Source: Nitrospiria bacterium (GTDB taxonomy: Bacteria > Nitrospirota > Nitrospiria > Nitrospirales > NS-4). Taken from it: DNA of 64,000 bases. The notes under the pieces are model-generated. The model saw only the letters and a program-made list of their open reading frames with translations, was not told the DNA's origin and made no database searches. Made by a program: the position numbers and the translations under genes. Each line of letters begins with the position of its first letter. Position 1 is the stretch's first letter. Location: assembly GCA_041490525.1 (NCBI GenBank), contig JBGPTH010000004.1:17635-81634 (forward strand), read 5' to 3'. Of the stretch, positions 26,795-36,004 are shown piece after piece.

Positions 26795-27601
26795 TTATGG
26801 ACCCGGCGGGGACGTCGCCGGCGCCCGGCCCACGATCAGCACCCGGGGGCCCTCCTTCACCTCCAGCAGTCTTCTCTCTTCAGGAAGAGATCCAAGGACC
26901 CAGAGAAAGAGCGTCTTCGCGTCTTCCAGCACCGGATCCTTCGGATATCCATAGTAGCGTTTCTGCATGGCTTCGTCGGACAGCCCGATGCACCCGTGGG
27001 AGACCGGAGCGCCCGGAAGGTCCCGGCCGTGGATCCAGAAGGCGACTCCGCTCGGGCTGATGTGGAACCGAAGGGCGAAGTTCATGGGGTAGGGAATGTC
27101 CGTGTCCTTGATAAAATACAACGAGGAGCGGTGCTGTGGGTGAGCGGCGGTGATTCGGAATTCCCCTCTCGGGGTCTCATTTCCCGGCTCCCCCGTGGTG
27201 ATCGGGAGGGAGAACACCAGGCGACCGAACTCATAGGCGCCGAGGAACTGCTCCGACAGGTCCACCAGGATATATCTGGCCTCCGCGGACGGGATGACCC
27301 GGGGCATGGGCGAAAATTCCGAGATCGCGTCCAGGGACTCCGGAATCTTCAGGGAGACCCCGGGAGCGGCATGGCGCCGGTCGATGCGGTTGAACCGGGC
27401 CACGTCCCGCCATCGGTCCCCGAAACGGCCTTGCAGGGTTTCGCGTGCCCGGAGCCGCCTGCACTTCCACTCAATCTTCGCATCGCTGGGATAGTGCATC
27501 CGGCATGGCGAGGGATGCATCGGGGGATCGGCGCCCCACGAAGACCCCGGCGTGAACAGAACGAGCAGGATGACGAGAACCGGGCATCTCCCGAGAGGCA
27601 A
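26795..27601 (-). CDS. L,D-transpeptidase (YkuD domain) with signal peptide
   Basis: Catalytic motif HGRDLPGAPVSHGCIGL. Confidence 0.75.
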   Translation of the reverse strand: MPLGRCPVLVILLVLFTPGSSWGADPPMHPSPCRMHYPSDAKIEWKCRRLRARETLQGRFGDRWRDVARFNRIDRRHAAPGVSLKIPESLDAISEFSPMPRVIPSAEARYILVDLSEQFLGAYEFGRLVFSLPITTGEPGNETPRGEFRITAAHPQHRSSLYFIKDTDIPYPMNFALRFHISPSGVAFWIHGRDLPGAPVSHGCIGLSDEAMQKRYYGYPKDPVLEDAKTLFLWVLGSLPEERRLLEVKEGPRVLIVGRAPATSPPGP

Positions 27602-27742
27602 GCGTTCCCCCGATGGACCGTGTCGTCAGGAAGCTGATCGGAAACCCTTACGCCGTTCGGCGGGATGGCGAAACCTGGGCAACCGGAGCAGAAAGGCACG
27701 CGGGCTGGCTGGCCTGATGCCGGCCATCGGCCCGCGCCCGTA

Positions 27743-27994
27743 TTAGTTCATGTTTTCTTTCTTCTGTTTCTTGTGCGCCTTCTTTCTCTCTCGCTTCTTT
27801 TTCTTTTCGGGCTTGGCGTCCCCCTTCTTGCCTTCGTCCGCTTTCATTTCGCCGGCAGGAGGAGGAACTGCCGGAGATGCTGGAGCTGCCGGAGTAGCCG
27901 GAGCGGCCGGCGTCGCCGGCGCAGGCTGGGCCAAGGTCACGGTGCCGAAGGACAGGCCGAGTATCACGGCGAACACTGCTGCGAGAACTTTCAT
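27743..27994 (-). CDS. Small secreted Pro/Ala-repeat, Lys-rich protein (hypothetical)
   Basis: Signal peptide MKVLAAVFAVILGLSFGTVTLA, followed by PAPATPAAPATPAAPASPA repeats and a KKKKRERKKAHKKQKK tail. Confidence 0.5.
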   Translation of the reverse strand: MKVLAAVFAVILGLSFGTVTLAQPAPATPAAPATPAAPASPAVPPPAGEMKADEGKKGDAKPEKKKKRERKKAHKKQKKENMN

Positions 27995-28176
27995 TCAGGA
28001 TTCACCCCCTTTCTATCTCAAAAGCGCCTCTACCATGCCCAAAACTGCCCAGGAAAGCAACACTCGGGAAACAAAAATTGGTGACAAATGCGACAGGCCC
28101 GATCCATGTTCGGTTTCGCATTCTCGTAGGGGTGTGTTTTCTGGCCGGAAATCCCGCCGCCGTTCACTGGTCTCGC

Positions 28177-28192
28177 TGGTATCGACCTTGCA
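28177..28192 (+). promoter_or_regulatory. Sigma-54 promoter TGGTATCGACCTTGCA
   Basis: Exact spacing, 38 nt before ATG 28230, with a GAGGG Shine-Dalgarno in the leader. Confidence 0.55.
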
Positions 28193-28229
28193 GGATTTCA
28201 TCGAGCACTTCAATATCAAATGAGGGCCT

Positions 28230-28955
28230 ATGCGCGGCAAAGAAGAAGTCCTCAAGGAGGTTCGAGCGGCGTTTGAGCACGAGCCGCGGATAAAACTGCA
28301 CCGGTGTCCGGTCCACATGGACTTTACCGACGGCGTCCTGACCTTGGAAGGGGAACTGGAGAATATCGCCGCCAAGAAGCTGGCCATGGAACTGGCGATC
28401 GCCGTTCCCGGTGTCAGCGGGATCGTGGACCGCCTTCGGACGGCTCCGGCCGAGCGCATGGGCGATGGGGCCGTTCTCGATGCCGTGTGCGACGCGCTCC
28501 TTGAGGAACACGCCCTGCAGAACTGCACGATCAAAAGAAAGGCCAAGGGGAAGATGACCGTTGTCAGCGAGTCCCGCGCGGAGCCTCACGGCGTGATCGA
28601 GGTTTCCGTCAAGGACGGGGTCGTGCTCCTGGACGACCATGTCCCCAGCCTGTCCCAGAAGCGCCTGGCCGGAGTCCTAGCCTGGTGGGTCCCCGGAAGC
28701 CGCGACGTCATCAACGGCATGGAGGTGGTTCCCCCCGAGGAGGACAACGACGACGAGGTGACCGAGGCGGTACGGATGGTGTTGGAGAAGAACCGCTTCC
28801 TCAATGCGGATCAAATCCAGGTGACCACCCGGAACTTCGTGGTCACCTTGGAGGGAGTCGTCCGCACGGAGGCCCAGAAGGAGATGGCCGAATTCGATGC
28901 CTGGTACGTCTTTGCCGTGGACAAGGTCGTCAATAACCTCACGGTGCTGGAATAA
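28230..28955 (+). CDS. BON-domain protein (three BON repeats)
   Basis: Three repeats of the DGV(L/V)TLEG...A......VPGV..V.N.L pattern. Confidence 0.8.
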   Translation: MRGKEEVLKEVRAAFEHEPRIKLHRCPVHMDFTDGVLTLEGELENIAAKKLAMELAIAVPGVSGIVDRLRTAPAERMGDGAVLDAVCDALLEEHALQNCTIKRKAKGKMTVVSESRAEPHGVIEVSVKDGVVLLDDHVPSLSQKRLAGVLAWWVPGSRDVINGMEVVPPEEDNDDEVTEAVRMVLEKNRFLNADQIQVTTRNFVVTLEGVVRTEAQKEMAEFDAWYVFAVDKVVNNLTVLE

Positions 28956-29772
28956 CCGGCGATCTTCGATAGACCCGCATGTTCAGAGACCAGGGTTCCC
29001 ATCCCGCCGCTCCTTCGGGGAGGGACTCGAGGCTGCCGAGCACGAGCGCCCCTTCCGGAAGCAGCCTGTCAGAGATCTTCTGAAGCGTCGCGCGCTGCAA
29101 CTCGTCATCGAAATAGGTGAAGGCGAGATTGCGGCACAGGATCAGATGAAAGCGATCCTCCGGCGCGCTCTGCCTCACATCCTGCAGCAGAAAGTTCACC
29201 GGCTCCCGGTATTCGGGTTTCACGCAAAACCCGTCCGCCGAAGGGACGCACGCCTTCGCCAGCAGATCCCCCGGCAGCTCCTTGAGGCTGCTCGCCGGGT
29301 AGCAGCCTCGCTGGGCGCGCTCGATCGCCCGCGGGTCGGCATCCGTGGCCAGAATCCGAAGACAGAGGGACGGCCACCGCGGCGCAAGGACGAGCTTCCA
29401 GAGAATCGTCAGGGTATAGGGCTCCTCCCCGGACGCGCACCCGATGCTCCAGCCCCGCACCGCCTGTTCCCCTTTGGCGGACGCCGCCTGGGCGATCTGA
29501 GTCAGGACTTCCCGCTCCAGAAACTGAAAGACCCCTTTGTCCCGATAAAACCGGGAAATGGAAATCCAGCACAGCTCGTCCAGTATCTTCCATTCGGCCG
29601 GATGGGTGTCCAGGTAGGCCCGGTACTCGTCGGGGCCCGACAACTCCAGTTCCTTCAACCGACGGTCGATGCGCTTATAGACCTGCCGGCGAACCTTGCG
29701 AAACCCCGGCCATCGCAAATGCAGCCTCGGCAAGCACCACTGCAGCAGCTGAATCCCCTCGGAATCTTTCAT
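28939..29772 (-). CDS. CheR-type SAM-dependent methyltransferase
   Basis: ISRFYRDKGVFQFL, WSIGCASGEEPYTL and ILCRNLAFTYF motifs. No other chemotaxis genes are nearby. Confidence 0.75.
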   Translation of the reverse strand: MKDSEGIQLLQWCLPRLHLRWPGFRKVRRQVYKRIDRRLKELELSGPDEYRAYLDTHPAEWKILDELCWISISRFYRDKGVFQFLEREVLTQIAQAASAKGEQAVRGWSIGCASGEEPYTLTILWKLVLAPRWPSLCLRILATDADPRAIERAQRGCYPASSLKELPGDLLAKACVPSADGFCVKPEYREPVNFLLQDVRQSAPEDRFHLILCRNLAFTYFDDELQRATLQKISDRLLPEGALVLGSLESLPEGAAGWEPWSLNMRVYRRSPVIPAP

Positions 29773-29792
29773 CAGGGGAACGAAAAACGCCC

Positions 29793-30041
29793 CTATCCCG
29801 GCGGCCCGGCCGACGGGAACCGTTTCAGGCCAAGACGCCCGGCGATCTCGTGAAGCTTTTCATGAACCGATTCGTTGTTGTACTCATGGATATCGGACAA
29901 GGCGAAGGAGAAATCGGTCAAGGCGACGAGCCACTCTTTGTGGCTTTCGAGCGTTGAGGGCTTTGTCCGAGCCTGTTCAATCCGAAACGAGGCCTCTTTG
30001 AGCCGGGCCACGGCTTCCTCTAAATGCTTTGGCAGCGACAT
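29793..30041 (-). CDS. Hypothetical helical protein
   Basis: 82-aa ORF in an operon position between the protease and CheR genes. Confidence 0.4.
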   Translation of the reverse strand: MSLPKHLEEAVARLKEASFRIEQARTKPSTLESHKEWLVALTDFSFALSDIHEYNNESVHEKLHEIAGRLGLKRFPSAGPPG

Positions 30042-30147
30042 GGTATTCCTCCACTCTCGTCATCGGATGCTCACGGCTCCGCCAGCCGGCCCGTTTCCAG
30101 GAGCCTGCGGTAGGCCGCCGGTCTTCGCTCTGCCGCCTGACCCCGTT

Positions 30148-31068
30148 TCATGGGTTCCTCGCCTTCGCGGCGGCGGACAGCAGTTGCCTGACCCGAAACG
30201 CCGGCTCGATGACGCCGATGCCGATAAAGCTCGGCACAAAAATGGTCTCGGGCCGTTTCCTGCCTTTGAGCTGGACCTCCAGCTCTTTCCCGCCGACCGT
30301 GAGCGGAAGCTTTTGAATCCGGGCCTGCGACACGATTCCCAAGAAGGGCACCGCCCCGCCTCCCGCAAGGCTCCCGTGCCGATCTGGTCCGGATGGCAAC
30401 TGAAACACCGGGCCCCCGCTGTTGCCGGGGAACACATTGCTGTCGATTAAAAACACCGTTGACTCCGGTTTCGTCGGGGAGACCCACGACACGATGCCCT
30501 GCCGCACAATGGCTCGAGGCCAGAAGCTCGGCCCGACCGCGCCGGGATAGCCCAGCACGGCCACCGGCGCGCCCTCGTAAATCTCCCCGCCTTTGGCGAA
30601 GGCGCCCAACGTCACTCTGGGCACCTTGCCCAGGCCCGCCTGCTCCTTGGTGATGAGGAGAGGAAGACACGCCAGGTCAACCACCTCCTCCGGGTGGGAG
30701 AGCCAGCATCTCTTGCCCCCCTTTTTAAGGTCGATGCGAATGCCGAAATATTCATCCACCGGTTTCTCGTCAAACCAGGAGAAGCGGATTTGCAGGTCGG
30801 CGGGGTCCCATTTTTCGGCAGGATCCCGAAAGACGTGTTTTGCCGTGACCAACCACGGGGTATTGGTCGGGTCGTCCTGCAAGCCGAAGACCACCCCGGT
30901 CCCCACGACCACGAAGAGCTTCTTCTTAGCAATCCTCCCGCTCGGCCCCTTCACTCCCGCGCGATACAGATGACCGATCGCCACGGTGGCATCTCGCCAG
31001 ACATCGAGCCAGGTCCCCCTCTTCATATCGGCACTCGCCGCTTTCGCCCCAGACGGTCTACGGCTCAT
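30148..31068 (-). CDS. Trypsin-like (S1) serine protease
   Basis: GNSGGPVF active-site serine motif. Overlaps the upstream PH-domain gene by 4 nt. Confidence 0.7.
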   Translation of the reverse strand: MSRRPSGAKAASADMKRGTWLDVWRDATVAIGHLYRAGVKGPSGRIAKKKLFVVVGTGVVFGLQDDPTNTPWLVTAKHVFRDPAEKWDPADLQIRFSWFDEKPVDEYFGIRIDLKKGGKRCWLSHPEEVVDLACLPLLITKEQAGLGKVPRVTLGAFAKGGEIYEGAPVAVLGYPGAVGPSFWPRAIVRQGIVSWVSPTKPESTVFLIDSNVFPGNSGGPVFQLPSGPDRHGSLAGGGAVPFLGIVSQARIQKLPLTVGGKELEVQLKGRKRPETIFVPSFIGIGVIEPAFRVRQLLSAAAKARNP

Positions 31069-31544
31069 GACGGCGAGACTGGATCGGCGGCTCGAGCGCC
31101 CACCACCGGCCGCATCTCCTGAATCCGCCCCTTGACCGACTCCGGATCTTTGATCCCGCGCAACCGGAGGACTTTTTCCCCGCTGAGGCTGCGGATAACG
31201 ACGGTGCCGATTCCCAACAGCCCCGCGACTGGGCCTTGCCTGACGGTGATATTTTCAATATCATCGAGGGCGACTGCTTGGATCTCGCGGCCGGTGTACC
31301 CGTTGCTCACCACCACGCGGCTCGACGTGAGCGTGTACCCGGCCCACCGGCGAAGGAGAGCGGCGCATACGAGAAGCGCCGCCGCGCCGCCCACCCACCC
31401 CTCCCATCCGGCCAGATCGAACAGGAGATAGAGCAGGCCCCGAAAGCCGGTAAGCAGGCTGATGAGATACAGCCATGCGAACTGGCCCCAGGAGGGATAG
31501 GCCGTCCATACCACCGTCTCGTTGCTCTTGAAGGGTCCGGTCAT
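31065..31544 (-). CDS. Bacterial PH-domain (YdbS/DUF304-like) membrane protein
   Basis: Two TM helices followed by YTLTSSRVVVSNGYTGREIQAVALDDIENITVRQGPVAGLLGIGTVVI. Confidence 0.65.
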   Translation of the reverse strand: MTGPFKSNETVVWTAYPSWGQFAWLYLISLLTGFRGLLYLLFDLAGWEGWVGGAAALLVCAALLRRWAGYTLTSSRVVVSNGYTGREIQAVALDDIENITVRQGPVAGLLGIGTVVIRSLSGEKVLRLRGIKDPESVKGRIQEMRPVVGARAADPVSPS

Positions 31545-31597
31545 GATGGTGGCTCCGTGTGGCGATCTGCAGAACCGTAGCTCTGTCCCATTGCTTC

Positions 31598-31613
31598 AGC
31601 AAGGGCAATACCA
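31598..31613 (-). promoter_or_regulatory. Sigma-54 promoter TGGTATTGCCCTTGCT
   Basis: Exact spacing, 53 nt before ATG 31544. Divergent partner of the promoter at 31866-31881. Confidence 0.55.
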
Positions 31614-31865
31614 TCGGGGCCGGGAGATGGAACCGGTGGATTCCGTGGAAATCCAGGATATTGCGGCCGGAGGCCCGAATCTCAGGAAGGGGCAGGGGGA
31701 AATCCTGCTACAATCGCACCCTCCTTGATGTAGTGAAAAGCCACAGCGCCGGAGAGCCCGACCCTATCCCATCCCACGAAGCTCCGGACCAATCTCCAGA
31801 GGAACCTCCCGCCAGGTAACGTGATCTTTCAGGGACAGCACGCCAGAGGGCGACCGCGAGAGCCA

Positions 31866-31881
31866 TGGCATCGGTTTTGCG
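31866..31881 (+). promoter_or_regulatory. Sigma-54 promoter TGGCATCGGTTTTGCG
   Basis: Exact spacing, 92 nt before ATG 31974, with a GAGGAGGAG Shine-Dalgarno. Confidence 0.6.
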
Positions 31882-31973
31882 GTGATTTATTAATGAATCA
31901 ATTTTCGGAGCCAGGCAAGGAGGACCGACACGAACAGGATTCAGGATCTAGCCGCGTTTCCTGAGGAGGAGTT

Positions 31974-32477
31974 ATGACTGACAGCTCACGAGAGGCCCCC
32001 TTCGAGAAGTCCCAGCGCGACCGTACGGTGCAAGAGGAATACGAGCACGACGCCTATAAGTCCAGCGGCAAACTGCCGGAGCCAACCGTGTGTCCTAAAT
32101 GCAAGGCCTTGTTCCACAAAGGCCGGTGGACGTGGCAGTCCCACCCAGGCGAAGCGCACCAAGAGATGTGCCCGGCCTGCCATCGGACCCATGACAAATA
32201 CCCTGCCGGGTATCTTACGTTGAGCGGACCGTTTCTCAAAGAGCACAAGGACGAAGTCCTGAGCCTGGCTCGCAACGAGGAGGCGAGGGCCAAGGCAGAA
32301 CACCCGCTTCGCCGGATCATGACCATTGAGGAAAACAAGGAGGGCATTCTGATTTGCACGACCGATACGCACTTGCCACGACGGATCGGAGAAGCGATCA
32401 AACACGCTTTCCACGGCGAACTCCATTTCCGATATGCTGAAGATGAAAAGTTACTCCGTGTGGCCTGGAAAAGATAA
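31974..32477 (+). CDS. BCAM0308-family / NMD3-like zinc-ribbon protein (paralog 2)
   Basis: CPKC...CPAC motifs. Alignable by eye with 12034-12579. Confidence 0.6.
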   Translation: MTDSSREAPFEKSQRDRTVQEEYEHDAYKSSGKLPEPTVCPKCKALFHKGRWTWQSHPGEAHQEMCPACHRTHDKYPAGYLTLSGPFLKEHKDEVLSLARNEEARAKAEHPLRRIMTIEENKEGILICTTDTHLPRRIGEAIKHAFHGELHFRYAEDEKLLRVAWKR

Positions 32478-32500
32478 ATGCCCGCTATGCGTGAACCACC

Positions 32501-32848
32501 ATGCTGCCGATAGAAGAACTTCGCATGAAACTTCTCAAGCAACGACTGGCCATTTTCCGGGATGTGGCTCAGATCGAAGACGACCTACTGTGGCTGGAAA
32601 CGGATGTCGAGCCTGAAGCGGAGGAACGCGGGCAGGATGAAAACGTCATTCGCTTGCTGGCTCGGCTCGACGACCGGCAGAAGGCTGAAATCGAAGAGAT
32701 CGATCGGGCGCTGGGGAAGATTGCCAGGGGAGAATACGGCCGCTGCGAGGCCTGCGGGAAGCCCATATCTTGGTCCCGGCTGGAGGCGCTGCCCACGGCG
32801 GTCACCTGCCTCCCCTGTGGAGAAGCGCGCGAACAGACGCCGTCCTGA
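32501..32848 (+). CDS. DksA/TraR-family C4 zinc-finger protein
   Basis: C-terminal CEACGKPISWSRLEALPTAVTCLPC preceded by a coiled-coil. Confidence 0.75.
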   Translation: MLPIEELRMKLLKQRLAIFRDVAQIEDDLLWLETDVEPEAEERGQDENVIRLLARLDDRQKAEIEEIDRALGKIARGEYGRCEACGKPISWSRLEALPTAVTCLPCGEAREQTPS

Positions 32849-32872
32849 GCGATTCAGTGGATAGGTCCACAA

Positions 32873-33097
32873 GTGGCTCTTCGGGTGGAATGCTACGCGG
32901 GGTACCGGGGGGAGGAGATGCCCCGCGCGTTCTTTCTCGCAGACCGCCGGATCGAGGTGGCGGAAGTGCTCGACTCCTGGCTTGCCCCGGATCACCGCTA
33001 TTTCAAGATCCGGGGCGATGACGGCTGCCTCTACATCCTCCGGCACGACGTGATGTCCGGCGAGTGGGAAATGACACTGTTCGAGCAGCGGAGGTAG
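32873..33097 (+). CDS. Hypothetical 74-aa protein
   Basis: Third ORF of the operon, 24 nt after the DksA/TraR stop. Confidence 0.4.
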   Translation: MALRVECYAGYRGEEMPRAFFLADRRIEVAEVLDSWLAPDHRYFKIRGDDGCLYILRHDVMSGEWEMTLFEQRR

Positions 33098-33218
33098 TGC
33101 GCGCGGCGTTGCGATCTTCCTCCTCTTCCTCCGGCTCCTAAGCTGCGGGGACCTTCGGGATGATGCCCTCCCTCATGAGAGCCTGCGTCGCGTCGCGCCC
33201 GCTCCCGAATGCGGGAGG

Positions 33219-33530
33219 CTAGCCAAGCGAGCGCCAGGCACCGTCCTTCCAGACGTAGGTCTGACCTTTCGGATCGTCGACCGGACACTGGGCCAGAACC
33301 AATCGGCAGCCGGTTCGCTTATAGAGGTGTTCGGCCTTTTGCCCCATCAAGAGGGCCAGGCTCAGGGAGGGCACCGCCGCCCTCAGACGGACGGGCACGA
33401 TGATCTGCCCTTCGGGGCCGCGAACGATGTGATCGGAGTCCGCTTGGGGTTCAGCCTCGAACCGCTCCGCTTCCAGCAGACCCAGAAATTCCTTCACGGC
33501 CAGACGCTCGCCGGAATCCAGCGTATTCAT
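33219..33530 (-). CDS. Hypothetical 103-aa protein
   Basis: Its start overlaps the upstream Usp stop by 4 nt. Confidence 0.4.
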   Translation of the reverse strand: MNTLDSGERLAVKEFLGLLEAERFEAEPQADSDHIVRGPEGQIIVPVRLRAAVPSLSLALLMGQKAEHLYKRTGCRLVLAQCPVDDPKGQTYVWKDGAWRSLG

Positions 33531-34390
33531 CGGAAGATCAGCACCGGACGAGTGGCGCGATGCAGCACGGCATGCGCCACGCTGCCCATCAAGAACCTTG
33601 AGATTCCCCGGCGGGCGAGGGATCCCATCAGGATGAGATCCGCATCGGTCACCATCGCCTCATGGATGATCTCCACCGCCGGGAATCCGATTCTCGTCAC
33701 TCCCGCGGCGATATGCTGCATTGGCTTGAGCCGCGAGGCGACCTCCTCCACGAAGTGTCGGGCGCTTTGCAGAGCCTGGTTTTTCAGGGACTCGATTTCA
33801 GCGATGCCCGCCGACCACATCGGCTGGCCGAACGGCAGCACGGTCAGGACCGTCACATCAACCGGCTTCTTGAACGGCTTCGTGGCGAGGAACTTCACGG
33901 CCGCCTCGGCGTCTTCCGGCCCTTGCACCGCCAGGAGCACCCGGCGCAGGGACTGGAGGGGCGTGTTGACCACCAAGGTGGGACAGGGCGCATGAGTCAG
34001 CACCCGGTGAGACACGCTCCCCAGGACCAGCTCATGCACCGGACCTACCCCTCGCCTCCCCACCACAATCAGATCCACCCGTTCTTTCTCGGCGGTATTC
34101 AGGATCAGGGCGGCCGGCGAGCCGGTCTCGATCCGCTTGGACACCGAGCCGGCACTCCGCGGCAGGATCGAGGAGAGCCGGCTGAGGACGCGCTCCCCCT
34201 CCTCCCGCATCTGCCGCTCGACCTGGCCATAGAGATCGCGGGCGGCCTCCGGGACCATCGTCGGGTAGGCCGCCATCGGGACATCCAGGACATACAGCAC
34301 GATCAACTCTTCAGCCCGGGCCAGGTGCTCGAGCGCCCGCGCCGCTTCCGATGAGTGGTTTGAGCCGTCAATCGCCAGCAGAATTCGCAC
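33527..34390 (-). CDS. Universal stress protein, tandem Usp domains
   Basis: MRILLAIDGSNHSSEAARALEHL... Close paralog of 42111-42974. Confidence 0.85.
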   Translation of the reverse strand: MRILLAIDGSNHSSEAARALEHLARAEELIVLYVLDVPMAAYPTMVPEAARDLYGQVERQMREEGERVLSRLSSILPRSAGSVSKRIETGSPAALILNTAEKERVDLIVVGRRGVGPVHELVLGSVSHRVLTHAPCPTLVVNTPLQSLRRVLLAVQGPEDAEAAVKFLATKPFKKPVDVTVLTVLPFGQPMWSAGIAEIESLKNQALQSARHFVEEVASRLKPMQHIAAGVTRIGFPAVEIIHEAMVTDADLILMGSLARRGISRFLMGSVAHAVLHRATRPVLIFR

Positions 34391-34405
34391 CGGACGCTCC
34401 CCTTT

Positions 34406-34711
34406 TCACAACGCCTTCAGCCTCTTTGCCAGGTCGGTAAACCGGTCCCACGGCGTGACGAGCCAGGTCTCCGTGGTCGCATGGCCGAATAAGCGCACGA
34501 GCAAGCTCACTCTGGTCGCCGCATCGGCGTCCGGGGCCTCGAAAATGTCCAGGTAGTCGCAAGGGCCCAGGACCGCATAATTGGCCAGCCATTTGACCCC
34601 TGGACATTCCTGCTTGATCCGGTCCTCCACTTTTCTGTTCAACTCCATGAACGCCTCCGGTTTGGTGAGCGCCTCCGGAGAAAGTCTCGTCAACATCGCA
34701 TAGGTCGCCAT
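34406..34711 (-). CDS. GYD-domain protein
   Basis: MATYAMLTRLSPEAL...GPCDYLDIFEAPDADAA is the typical GYD family pattern. Confidence 0.7.
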   Translation of the reverse strand: MATYAMLTRLSPEALTKPEAFMELNRKVEDRIKQECPGVKWLANYAVLGPCDYLDIFEAPDADAATRVSLLVRLFGHATTETWLVTPWDRFTDLAKRLKAL

Positions 34712-34757
34712 GACACACCTCCCGTTGGTTTCCGCGCTCCCCAGGCCCTGTCGCGTC

Positions 34758-35219
34758 TTACTGAGCCGCCCGCTTGCCTGCGCTCAGAGGAGTCGGGTTC
34801 GTCCCTTCTCCGGAGGATTCCCCCAGGGCCTCCTCCACCATCCGGAGGAGCGCCGCCTCTTTATCCTGCGTGCAAAGGATCAGACAATGATAGGCCCCCG
34901 GACTGATGGCACGGGCGTTTCTCCCGATCGGCCAAGGAAACGGGTTCACGATGACCGGGATCTCCGGATACTTTTCGCGTAGCACAGACGTCAACTGCCT
35001 GCTTCCCATCCCGCGCAGGTGCTCTCCGATCACCACCGCATCAAACCGGACCTGCCGCAGGTATTGTAACCCCTGGTGAGACGAGGATACGGCCCGAACC
35101 TTGTATGGGCCCTCGGCGAGCGCGCGCTTCGTCCATTGACGCCGGAACTCATAATCGTCCACCACAAGGACATAGAAGGGGCTTTCCCTGCTTGAATGAT
35201 CGATCGGTGTCGGGACCAT
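34758..35219 (-). CDS. Stand-alone receiver-like domain, apparently lacking the phospho-acceptor Asp
   Basis: FYVLVVDDYEF...FDAVVIGEHLRGMG has Gly where the acceptor Asp is expected. I trimmed the track ORF (to 35552) because sigma-54 promoters at 35245-35260 and 35500-35515 lie inside its 5-prime part. Confidence 0.5.
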   Translation of the reverse strand: MVPTPIDHSSRESPFYVLVVDDYEFRRQWTKRALAEGPYKVRAVSSSHQGLQYLRQVRFDAVVIGEHLRGMGSRQLTSVLREKYPEIPVIVNPFPWPIGRNARAISPGAYHCLILCTQDKEAALLRMVEEALGESSGEGTNPTPLSAGKRAAQ

Positions 35220-35244
35220 CTCGTTCAGTTCCCCGATCATGCAG

Positions 35245-35260
35245 GGCAAAAGAAATGCCA
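35245..35260 (-). promoter_or_regulatory. Sigma-54 promoter TGGCATTTCTTTTGCC
   Basis: Exact spacing. Its first 15 nt are identical to the promoter at 37051-37066. Confidence 0.6.
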
Positions 35261-35499
35261 TCCATCCATCACAGTCGGGAGCACCGAAGAGGCCGATCTG
35301 CCAACTTGTTCCCGGGCAATTAGCGGGGATGGCCTCCAAGGGAGAGAAATTATGATGCGCTTTTCCCCAGGCAGGCCAGCTAGAATGTACTGAAACGCCA
35401 CAGAACGATTCGAAGCCGAGATCCCAGAGAATTAGCAAGAGAGGCGGCCCGACGGGATCTTCCTTTGACCACCTGCCTTTCTCGTCAGCCCCGATTCCA

Positions 35500-35515
35500 T
35501 GGCATTCCCCTTGCG
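35500..35515 (+). promoter_or_regulatory. Sigma-54 promoter TGGCATTCCCCTTGCG
   Basis: Exact spacing, 56 nt before ATG 35572, with a GGAAGGAGG Shine-Dalgarno. Confidence 0.6.
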
Positions 35516-35571
35516 TCGGCCAGGATACAAGGTAGGAACCATACCCATTCATTTTCGGAAGGAGGCGCAGG

Positions 35572-36000
35572 ATGAAAGTCCCTCAATTGAGTATGAAGGC
35601 GCGTGAGGTCATGAACCCGAGAGTCATGGCGGCGACCAGGCGGGCCGTCGGGCGGGATCTGGCGCTCCAGGTGCTTTCCGGCCAGTACAGCGGGCTTCCC
35701 GTGGTGGACGAGCGCGACGGGCAGGTGATCGGGATGGTGACCGAGTTTGATTTGCTGAAGGCGGTCCTGGAAGGAAAAGATTTGAACTCGATCAAGGCGG
35801 AAGACATCATGAACCCCGTCCCTTTATGTGTTAATGAAGACACCTCGGTTGAGGAGATCCTCAAGACGATGATCGACAACAACGTGATCCGGGTCCCGGT
35901 TGTCCGCAAAGGGAAGCTCGTGGGCGTGGTCGCCCGGGCCGACCTGCTGAGCCATCTGATCGACCCGGAATTCGTCCGATTCTACGGAGGATTGGCGTAG
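35572..36000 (+). CDS. CBS-domain pair protein
   Basis: Two CBS motifs (VMNPRVMAA...GLPVVDE; IMNPVPLCV...RVPVVRKGKLVGVV). Confidence 0.85.
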   Translation: MKVPQLSMKAREVMNPRVMAATRRAVGRDLALQVLSGQYSGLPVVDERDGQVIGMVTEFDLLKAVLEGKDLNSIKAEDIMNPVPLCVNEDTSVEEILKTMIDNNVIRVPVVRKGKLVGVVARADLLSHLIDPEFVRFYGGLA

Positions 36001-36004
36001 TCGC

